The notes under the pieces: model-generated
The model's input: only the letters and a program-made list of their open reading frames with translations
What the model was told of the DNA's origin: nothing
Database searches by the model: none
Shown here: positions 57,229-64,000 of the stretch, piece after piece
Layout: each line of letters opens with the position of its first letter
Position numbering within the stretch: the first letter of the stretch is position 1
Assembly: GCA_963763135.1 (NCBI GenBank)
Contig: CAVXNJ010000002.1
Location: forward strand, 81,562 to 145,561
Direction: 5' to 3'
DNA from: an uncultured Acidimicrobiales bacterium
GTDB taxonomy: Bacteria > Actinomycetota > Acidimicrobiia > Acidimicrobiales > JANYDT01
DNA length: 64,000 nucleotides
Position numbers and translations under genes: made by a program

Positions 57229-57630
57229 CGCGAGGTTTGGATGTTTGTTGCCGCTGGGCGGGCAGATTCATCCAAACGTGTGGTGGTGTGTGCTGCGGGT
57301 TCGCGAGGTTTGGATGTTTGTTGCCGCTGGGCGGGAAGATTCATCCAAACGTTGGGTTGGGATCGGCGGGTGCTCGTTTGTGCTCGCCGAGCGAGCAGTT
57401 GTGTCCGTACGTTGAAGCGGGCTGCCGAAGGTCCGCGAGGTTTGGATGTTTGTTACCGCTACGCGGGCAGATTCATCCAAACGTGTGGTGGTGTGTGCTG
57501 CGGGTTCGCGAGGTTTGGATGTTTGTTACCGCTACGCGGGCAGATTCATCCAAACGTGTGCGGGTGGGAGCTGCTTGTTCGCGAGGTTTGGATGTTTGTA
57601 ACCGCTGGGCGGGCAGATTCATCCAAACGT
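57229..57630. repeat. five copies of a 51-bp hairpin-containing repeat at 73-bp spacing (one 132-bp gap)
   Basis: CGCGAGGTTTGGATGTTTGT(T/A)(G/A)CCGCT(GG/AC)GCGGG(C/A)AGATTCATCCAAACGT occurs at 57229, 57302, 57434, 57507 and 57580. The outer stem is GTTTGGATG/CATCCAAAC and the inner stem CCGC/GCGG. Confidence 0.95.
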
Positions 57631-57645
57631 TGGGAACGGTGGGGG

Positions 57646-58677
57646 TTACCGGCGGCGGCCGCGGTTTATCGCTCGGGTGCGTTCCACCTGGCGTTGGGCC
57701 AGATCGGTCTGCTCGGTGATGAGCTTCTTCCAGCCCGCGACGCGGGCGGCGTCGAGCGTGCCCGCTACCACTGCGGCGTTGACCGCACATCCGGGTTCGA
57801 GGTTGTGCTGGCAGTCGGCGAACCGACAATTGAGCGCCACGGTTTCGAGGTCGCTGAAGGCCTCGGCGGTGCCCGCTTCGGCGTCCCACAACTGCAGTTC
57901 CCGAAGGCCCGGGGTGTCGATGAAGAGGGTGCCGTCGTTCATCACCAGAAGTTGGCGGTGTTTCGTGGTGTGACGGCCCCGGCCGTCGTTGCGGACGTCG
58001 CCGGTGGCCATGATCTCGGTGCCGGCGAGCCGATTCACGAGCGTCGACTTTCCGACGCCGGAGGATCCCACGATCGCGAGCGTCTTCCCGTGACCCATAT
58101 GTGCGCGTATCAATTCCAGGCCGAAGTCGGTGACCGACGATACGGGGACCACTTCGCTTCCGACTCCGATGGCCCGAACCTCGGCGGCCAGGGCATCCCG
58201 TACTTCCGGCGTCACCGCGTCGGCTTTCGTAAGCGCGACTACGATCTGCGCGCCGCTTTCGAAGGCCATTGCGAGGAAGCGTTCCAGGCGTCGGACGTTG
58301 AAGTCGGAGCCGTAGGCCATTGCGATGATCAAGACGTCAACGTTGGCCGCGAGGGGTTGGGCCTCGGTCGTGTCACCTGCGACTTTTCGGGCCACGAGGG
58401 TCCGGCGCGGTACCAGGCCCTGGATCGAACCGACCTGTAGGGTGCTGCCCGGCTTGATGACCACCCAGTCGCCGACCGTCGGCATGTCGAGCGCCTGCGA
58501 CACGTGTTTGAATCGGCCGGTAAGCGAACAGATGGCCACGGCGTCTTCGGTGACGACCTCGATGTGGCCTCGAGCGTTGGAAACGACACGGCCGACGATC
58601 GAACCGGCGGGCACCTGAAGCTGACCCATCGTGCCGAGCCCAAGGTCGGCGAGAGACGGGCGTGCTGCGCTACTCAA
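57646..58677 (-). CDS. rsgA: ribosome small-subunit-dependent GTPase A
   Basis: Contains the circularly permuted GTPase motifs (LTKAD and GSSGVGKSTLVN) and the zinc knuckle CRFADCQHNLEPGC. The start is uncertain (TTG at 58677 or ATG at 58629). The ATG at 58761 would overlap the upstream gene by 77 nt. Confidence 0.85.
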   Translation of the reverse strand: MSSAARPSLADLGLGTMGQLQVPAGSIVGRVVSNARGHIEVVTEDAVAICSLTGRFKHVSQALDMPTVGDWVVIKPGSTLQVGSIQGLVPRRTLVARKVAGDTTEAQPLAANVDVLIIAMAYGSDFNVRRLERFLAMAFESGAQIVVALTKADAVTPEVRDALAAEVRAIGVGSEVVPVSSVTDFGLELIRAHMGHGKTLAIVGSSGVGKSTLVNRLAGTEIMATGDVRNDGRGRHTTKHRQLLVMNDGTLFIDTPGLRELQLWDAEAGTAEAFSDLETVALNCRFADCQHNLEPGCAVNAAVVAGTLDAARVAGWKKLITEQTDLAQRQVERTRAINRGRRR

Positions 58678-58684
58678 AGGCCAC

Positions 58685-59644
58685 TCAACGAGCGACGGGG
58701 CGGAGGTGCGTGGGCTTACTCGCCGAACGGGACGCCGCTCGTGAACCCCTGCGGCCAGCACCGGTCTTGCGGTTACGGGCGTCGTCCCAGCTGACCGGCT
58801 TCGGGAACATGGAACGGAGCAGAATCGGTGCTTCGAACGGCCGCCAGTCGTCGATCGGTTGCATCAGGCGGTCGGAGATGGCGTAGTGAACAGCGGGGTT
58901 GAAACCGAGGCCGGAATGGCTGCCGCGCACCTCGATGTTTTCGTGGTTCTCGTCGACCATGTCGATGCACGTGTGCCAACGCACCACACCGTCGGTGCGG
59001 GAGTAGATGGCGGTCGACGGAACGGTGAGCGGTGGCTTGTCGGCTTCGTTCATCGCGAGGCGGAGTACTTCATCGCTCCACGTCGGAGACAGGCGGTCGA
59101 CGAGCCCGGAGATCGACGAACGATCGGCCAGCGTCAGTCGAAATGGGCTGCCCAACGTGATGACCTGGCGGACGGCTTCGGGATTGTTGCGCGCCAGTTC
59201 GCGTGCATAGATACCGCCCAGACTCCAGCCGACGATGCTGACCGGTTTGTTGTGGCGCTGGTACAGCTTCTCCAAGCGATCGTGGATGCCGTCGAAGATC
59301 CGGTCAGTCGGGCCGATGTTCAGCCCAAGATTCCAGCCGTGCGCCCAGTACCCCTGGGAGCGGATCGTCCAACGTAGAGGAACAGTCGACAGGTCACCCG
59401 CCGTGAACCCCGGCAACACCAGGACCGGGTGGTTGTCGCCACGCCCCAGCAGACGAAGAATCGGTGACGACGCTGCGAACGCCCCGGCCTCGAAGATCGC
59501 CCGGCTTTCCGCCAACCGCAACAGCAGATGCGGCGCGCCCGTAAATCGGTGTTCCTTCGGCGCCTCAGCGCTTGGCGCAGTGTCGTGTTCTTGCACGTTC
59601 CCACGGTACCGCCGAAACCAGGGGAGTGGTAGTCGACGACGCAT
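58685..59644 (-). CDS. alpha/beta-fold hydrolase
   Basis: Start set at the ATG at 59644 (MRRRLPLPWF). Contains PVLVLPGF and the nucleophile elbow GWSLGG. The upstream 95 codons of ORF 58685..59929 lie in a tandem repeat and are not protein-like. Confidence 0.7.
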   Translation of the reverse strand: MRRRLPLPWFRRYRGNVQEHDTAPSAEAPKEHRFTGAPHLLLRLAESRAIFEAGAFAASSPILRLLGRGDNHPVLVLPGFTAGDLSTVPLRWTIRSQGYWAHGWNLGLNIGPTDRIFDGIHDRLEKLYQRHNKPVSIVGWSLGGIYARELARNNPEAVRQVITLGSPFRLTLADRSSISGLVDRLSPTWSDEVLRLAMNEADKPPLTVPSTAIYSRTDGVVRWHTCIDMVDENHENIEVRGSHSGLGFNPAVHYAISDRLMQPIDDWRPFEAPILLRSMFPKPVSWDDARNRKTGAGRRGSRAASRSASKPTHLRPVAR

Positions 59645-59750
59645 GAAAAGGACCTTTGAACCTACGCGGTGCTCCGAGTGTCCCGGTCTCCAACGTTGAC
59701 GCCGAAGGTACCCAACCCGGTGGTTCTTCGACGCTGCAGTGCGGTTTTTG

Positions 59751-59885
59751 GTCGGGTTGGGGACCAGGGCTGCCGGGTTGGAGGCCAGGGCTGCCGGGTT
59801 GGGGACCGGAGCGCCAGGGCTGCCGGGTTGGGGACCGGAGCGCCAGGACTGCCGGGTTGGGCTACGGAGCCCCGGAGTCGGGGGA
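59751..59885. repeat. 21-29-bp tandem repeat, about 4.5 copies, between prmA and the hydrolase gene
   Basis: The unit CAGG(G/A)CTGCCGGGTTGG(G/A)G(A/G)C(CGGAGCGC) is repeated head to tail. Confidence 0.85.
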
Positions 59886-59891
59886 CTCGGC

Positions 59892-61280
59892 CTACGGGCG
59901 CTCGAGTACGAGACCGACCCAGTTGCCATCCGTGGAGACGGCTGACAGTCGAAGGCCGTAGCGCTGGTAGGCGTCGACGACGGCGGCTCGTTGTTCCTCG
60001 ATGAGGCCGGCGAGAATCAGGTGGCCACCGGCTCGGACCCGTCCGCTGACGGGTTCGGCCAGCAAGATCAGCACCGGCGCCAAGATGTTGGCAACGACGA
60101 CGTCAAACGTTCCGGCGACGTCGGCAACCGGGCTGGTCGACGCGGTCAGCACCTCCCGACTGACCCCGTTGCGATCAGCGTTGGCCAATGTGTTGTCGAC
60201 CGCGGCCGCCTCGATGTCGACGGCGACCACGCTCGTCGCGCCCAATAGTGCTGCCGCGACGGCCAGGACGCCGCTTCCACATCCGACGTCGAGCACCGTG
60301 CGTCCCGCTTGCACCAGCGTCTCGAGGGCCGCCAGCGACAGGGCGGTCGTCGGATGGGCTCCGGTGCCAAAGGATCGGCCCGGGTCGATCACAAGCGGCT
60401 TCAAGCCCGAATCCGACCCCGGTCCCGACGCCTGGCCTGGGCCGAGATGGAGCGGGTCGAGATGGGGAGCCAGTGCGTCGTCGTCCCACCAACCGGGGAG
60501 GAGCAGGAACCCGCCAAGCTGCGTCGGCTCAAAGTGCTCACGCCACGCGTCGAGCCAGTCGTCGCCCAGGAGAACCTCGAAGCGGGGATTCCAGGCCGGA
60601 TCGAGCTCGGCCTCGGCGTCGGCGGCGGCCTCGTCGGAAGGAAACCCCGCCCGTAACGCGATCGTTCCTTCCGCCAGCGTCACCCGAGACCTGGGCCACG
60701 TGAGCTCCCCGACCGTGAGCTCCTCGATCCCGATGGTTCCGAGGTCGTACAGCTCGCTGCTCACCCACTCGAGATCGTCGGGCGAGATCGCAAGCTCAAC
60801 GACGGGAAAGCGGGCCGAGTCGGCCCCCGGGAGCTTGCGGACAACCCGAAAGGTTTCATAGGTCACGAGCGTGTCGTCGGTGATGGACCACGCGGGATCG
60901 TTGATATGTGTACGTATTTCTTCGGTGAACTGTGACCAGAACCGTTCGTGTCCTTCCCGCCAGTGCTCGACCGACATGAACGACTCACCTTCGGACTTCG
61001 CCTGTTCCCAGGTCACTTCGCTGATGGGCAGAACCGAAACCGTCAACGACTCCACCAACGCGATCGGCGCCCCGTTGGTACTGCGCATCACGAACACCGT
61101 ACCGGGCGATGGCGCGTCCTCGGGGTACATCTCGTTCAGCACGACGAGCGACATCGTGCCGGTCTTGCGCCCGGTCAGGGCGAGGCCGTTGAGTCGTTCC
61201 CGAAGCGGTCCGGGAGTTGCGAACTCCCAGTTGGGATAGGCGGAAAGCGCCTCGGAGGAAAGTAGTGGTTCGGTGGCCAA
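59892..61280 (-). CDS. prmA: ASCH-domain / ribosomal protein L11 methyltransferase fusion protein
   Basis: The N-terminal ~150 aa are YhfF-like ASCH (LALTGRKTGTMSL...EGESFMSVEHWREGHERFW). A complete PrmA follows (FEPTQLGGFLLLPGWW, DPGRSFGTGAHPTT, VLDVGCGSGVLAVAA). Confidence 0.75.
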   Translation of the reverse strand: MATEPLLSSEALSAYPNWEFATPGPLRERLNGLALTGRKTGTMSLVVLNEMYPEDAPSPGTVFVMRSTNGAPIALVESLTVSVLPISEVTWEQAKSEGESFMSVEHWREGHERFWSQFTEEIRTHINDPAWSITDDTLVTYETFRVVRKLPGADSARFPVVELAISPDDLEWVSSELYDLGTIGIEELTVGELTWPRSRVTLAEGTIALRAGFPSDEAAADAEAELDPAWNPRFEVLLGDDWLDAWREHFEPTQLGGFLLLPGWWDDDALAPHLDPLHLGPGQASGPGSDSGLKPLVIDPGRSFGTGAHPTTALSLAALETLVQAGRTVLDVGCGSGVLAVAAALLGATSVVAVDIEAAAVDNTLANADRNGVSREVLTASTSPVADVAGTFDVVVANILAPVLILLAEPVSGRVRAGGHLILAGLIEEQRAAVVDAYQRYGLRLSAVSTDGNWVGLVLERP

Positions 61281-61309
61281 GATGTCAGCCTACCCACGTT
61301 CGACAAGCG

Positions 61310-62803
61310 CTAGGCCGGTACCGGGCGACCGACGTAGGCGACAAGTTCTTCGAGGGGTGATCCCGGGCGGCCGAGAGCAACCGGTTCGTCGAACATGCCC
61401 GGACCGCGACGCGGTGGCACGTACTCCTCGGCGAACGAGCGCACCCGCTCGATGATCTTCGGGTCGATGTCAAAGCCTCGGCCGAGGGACTGCGCGAGGT
61501 CCCAGGCGTGTACGACATCGTCGCCGATGAACATCTCGGCGAGGTAGGAACCGGTACAGGAACCCCACGGCATGTTGATCGATCGTTCGAGAAGGCCGGC
61601 GTCGTCTCGGAACAACGTCGCCATCTCATCGACGGCGTCGCGATGCGCCTTCACCGGATCATCGCCCAGGTGGTTGCCGTAGAACTCGGGACCGATCTCA
61701 CGTCCGGTCAAACCATAAGTGACCATATGAATACCGCCAACTATGTGGTTGACGAGGGCCCGGACATCCCACGCTTCGCACGGGGTGGGCTTGGTCCACT
61801 CGTCGGGCTGGATCTGAGCGATCTGGTCGTGAAGCTGATCGCTCAGCACGAGAAGATCGACCAGTGGCTGCACCGAACCCGGGGCGAGCGGCGGTAGACG
61901 GCGAGCGTGGGCCTCGGCGGCGGTGAAGTAGACCATCCCTGCTCCCCAGTTGTGGGCCACCGTGCCGGGTGGAACCGCATGGTGGTCAGCGGCGTTGGCG
62001 CCGCACAGGAATGCCAGCTCGGTCGACGTGAGGACACCCCATTCGGCGAACGCCTCCGCTGGAGTCGGGTCGGGGCACGCGTCGGCGGTCGAGCCGGGGC
62101 TTACCGTCTCGAGCGCGTCGAGGTACGCGGCGAACGGCATCCAGCCGGGGACGGTCACCTCGCCGTTCGTGCCGCGGAAGATGAGGGTTGGGAACGCGTA
62201 ACGGTCGTGTCCCTCGGAGTGCTTCAAATTACCTATGCCCACATAGTTTCCTTCGAGGAAGCGGACATGGTCATTCGGTCGCCGGGTCTCCTCCCAGTCG
62301 GCCTGATACGCAGCGGCGACGGAAGGATCCGACAGGTCGGCCACGAAGCGCTCGACGTCGAGGCCGGGGACACCCTCCACGGCGGCGACGAACTCATCCG
62401 CGGTGTAGGGCGTGATGCCGAAGACAAACGTCGATTCGCGCAGCCGACGCAATACCCGGGCGGCGACTTCCGGCCCCTGGCGAAGTGCCGCGTGGACAGC
62501 GCGTCCGGCGGGGTCGGTGGAGCGTGCCATCCGACGCATGGGAACCGGGTAGGGCTGTCCGGTGTAGCGGTTGGTCTGTCGCCAGTAGGCCTGCATGGGC
62601 TTGGCCGCCAGAGCCGGATCCCAGTCGGGACGACCGTTCGTGGCGTCGCCGATGAGGCCACCCATCACCGTTCGCCATGCCATTCGGTGCCCGTGCCTCC
62701 ACCGCAGGAGTCGAAGTTTGGGCTCCGTGCCCCACGCCCAGGAGCAGATCGGGTCGGTGTACTCCGTGACGGAAACGGAAGCTTCGTTGGGCAGCGCGGA
62801 CAT
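61310..62803 (-). CDS. DsbA-like thioredoxin-fold domain fused to a DinB/MDMPI-like (TIGR03086-type) domain
   Basis: The N-terminus YTDPICSWAWG is a DsbA-family-like CxxW site. The C-terminal ~190 aa (WTKPTPCEAWDVRALVNHIVGG...HAWDLAQSLG) resemble a mycothiol-dependent-type DinB fold. Confidence 0.6.
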   Translation of the reverse strand: MSALPNEASVSVTEYTDPICSWAWGTEPKLRLLRWRHGHRMAWRTVMGGLIGDATNGRPDWDPALAAKPMQAYWRQTNRYTGQPYPVPMRRMARSTDPAGRAVHAALRQGPEVAARVLRRLRESTFVFGITPYTADEFVAAVEGVPGLDVERFVADLSDPSVAAAYQADWEETRRPNDHVRFLEGNYVGIGNLKHSEGHDRYAFPTLIFRGTNGEVTVPGWMPFAAYLDALETVSPGSTADACPDPTPAEAFAEWGVLTSTELAFLCGANAADHHAVPPGTVAHNWGAGMVYFTAAEAHARRLPPLAPGSVQPLVDLLVLSDQLHDQIAQIQPDEWTKPTPCEAWDVRALVNHIVGGIHMVTYGLTGREIGPEFYGNHLGDDPVKAHRDAVDEMATLFRDDAGLLERSINMPWGSCTGSYLAEMFIGDDVVHAWDLAQSLGRGFDIDPKIIERVRSFAEEYVPPRRGPGMFDEPVALGRPGSPLEELVAYVGRPVPA

Positions 62804-62857
62804 GGCCGTGACCCTACCGGGTTGGCTTCACGTTCGCACGAGCGGGGCCCGATCCGC

Positions 62858-63637
62858 TTACGTTCGCTTCGGTGGGCGGGGGATGAAGGAGCTGGTTCGG
62901 GCGATGTATTCCGCGTAGCCGGGTCGGCGGCGACCGATCGTCTTCTCCAGCATGGGCACACCGGAGACTCGAACAAGCAAGATCGTCATGGCGACACCGC
63001 CGATGATGCTCGCCAACGCCACCCCGCCGCCATCCATCGCCATCAGCGTCAGACCGATCCAGACACACGAGTCACCGAAGTAGTTGGGATGGCGGGTCCA
63101 GGCCCACAGGCCTCGGTCCATGACCTTCCCGGCGTTGTCGGGATTTGCTTTGAAGCGGGCCAACTGCGAATCGCCAATCGCCTCGAACGCCAGACCGACG
63201 GCCCAGAGCGCAACTCCGACGAAGGCCACCGGGCCGAGGGCCCGCTTCGGCATCTGGCCCAGCTGTAGGGGCATCGACACGACGAACATCAACAGTCCCT
63301 GGAGGCCGAACACCGAGTACAGCGACACGATCGGGAATCGGTCGCCGAACTTCTTCCGCATCGCTCGGTACCGGAAGTCTTCGCCTTTGCCGTGGTTACG
63401 CCAGTAGAGGTAGCCGGCGAGTCGAAGCCCCCACAGGGTCGCGCATCCGACGAGGAGATTCTGGCGGGCGGAGTTGCCGTTGGCGACGGCACGGGCGACC
63501 CACGCGACGACCACGAATCCGAATCCCCAGATGATGTCGACGATGCTCGCGTCTTTGAGTCTGACGCTGACCAGCCACATCGAAAACATAAGCACACATA
63601 CTGCTGCGGCCGACGCCCCGAGAACGCTCCACTGCAT
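62858..63637 (-). CDS. DUF1295 / steroid-5-alpha-reductase-like membrane protein
   Basis: 259 aa, polytopic. Contains GLWAWTRHPNYFGDSCVWIG. Confidence 0.75.
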   Translation of the reverse strand: MQWSVLGASAAAVCVLMFSMWLVSVRLKDASIVDIIWGFGFVVVAWVARAVANGNSARQNLLVGCATLWGLRLAGYLYWRNHGKGEDFRYRAMRKKFGDRFPIVSLYSVFGLQGLLMFVVSMPLQLGQMPKRALGPVAFVGVALWAVGLAFEAIGDSQLARFKANPDNAGKVMDRGLWAWTRHPNYFGDSCVWIGLTLMAMDGGGVALASIIGGVAMTILLVRVSGVPMLEKTIGRRRPGYAEYIARTSSFIPRPPKRT

Positions 63638-63646
63638 GTGCTGGGC

Positions 63647-64000
63647 CTACTTTCTGGTTGTGATCGGAAGTGCCAATTTCTCGGCTACCCACGAGTCCAT
63701 TTCCTCGAAACGGTCGAAGAGCCAAACATACGCGGCTTTCGCGTCTACCGGTATTTCAGCTCGCGGGATGCGCCACATGTGGACGTGAACGGTTCGCCGA
63801 AACGGCAGGTTGGCGAAGATTTTCGCGAGGTTAACGAACGGTTCGAAACCGGAATGCACGATGAGTACGACGTCGGCTTTGGGGTCTCGCTCCAGCATGG
63901 CGAGTGCACCACCCGTGCGGGGCGGAAGGACATGACGCAGGGCCTTCGCCCGGTCGACCAACTCCGGAGCCTGGGTCTCCAGGCGGCCGACGGCTCGATC
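63647..64000 (-). CDS. C-terminal part of a lysophospholipid-acyltransferase-like protein (5' end outside the window)
   Basis: The frame stays open to the window edge. The family call rests only on general resemblance of the C-terminal region. Confidence 0.4.
   Translation of the reverse strand, partial: DRAVGRLETQAPELVDRAKALRHVLPPRTGGALAMLERDPKADVVLIVHSGFEPFVNLAKIFANLPFRRTVHVHMWRIPRAEIPVDAKAAYVWLFDRFEEMDSWVAEKLALPITTRK

Noticed and set aside
57229-57630. Possible CRISPR array (51-bp repeats separated by about 22-bp spacers)
   Set aside because: The repeat is too long and the spacers too short. Two spacers are identical and a third is closely related. No cas genes are nearby.
58678-58761. 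ATG at 58761 as the rsgA start
   Set aside because: It would overlap the upstream hydrolase gene by 77 nt. The TTG at 58677 or the ATG at 58629 fit better, and the exact start is left uncertain.
1-64000. tRNA, rRNA, transposase, integrase or prophage genes
   Set aside because: I saw no T-arm/anticodon-arm cloverleaf candidates (no GGTTCGAATCC-type boxes), no rRNA-like stretches, and no DDE or tyrosine recombinase motifs in any long ORF. This was scanning by eye, so short ncRNAs could have been missed.

Overview
High-GC (by eye about two-thirds G+C) chromosomal window with Actinobacteria-type synteny: rpsO-pnp-M16 peptidase-dapB, then dapA-rnj and ftsK. I found no tRNA, rRNA, CRISPR array, transposase or integrase. 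Reading left to right: (1) a partial caa3-type cytochrome oxidase subunit II gene with an apparent frameshift. (2) A sugar ABC uptake operon (SBP plus two permeases) with a Gfo/Idh/MocA oxidoreductase. (3) A GntR(FCD) regulator that reads in frame into a BMP-type ABC transporter operon carrying at least four frame disruptions. (4) An intact operon of six translationally coupled genes: isochorismatase-like hydrolase, allophanate hydrolase, second isochorismatase-like hydrolase, DUF2877, FdrA, DUF1116. This is my best candidate for an undescribed N-carbamoyl (biuret/triuret/oxalurate-like) catabolic system. (5) A 232-bp MITE-like inverted-repeat element. (6) A low-density accessory patch with a DUF222-HNH gene, a GNAT gene flanked by one dead and one live DUF4259 paralog, and an 8.4-copy 60-bp tandem array directly upstream of a DGPF/YCII plus ECF42-like sigma operon whose sigma gene is frameshifted. 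(7) MarR-MFS, aldo-keto reductase, LLM oxidoreductase, DinB-family and beta-lactamase-family genes. (8) Housekeeping genes: rpsO, pnp, M16 peptidase, dapB, tag, dapA, rnj, ftsK, icd, rsgA and a prmA fusion. (9) A 1170-aa HD-GYP protein with C-terminal PA14 and NHL domains. The window is also unusually rich in intergenic minisatellites and in-frame coding tandem repeats. One of these triplicates the 3' end of tag, so that the intact zinc-ligand C-terminus sits in the unattached copies. All calls come from reading the ORF translations and the DNA by eye. No database search was run.
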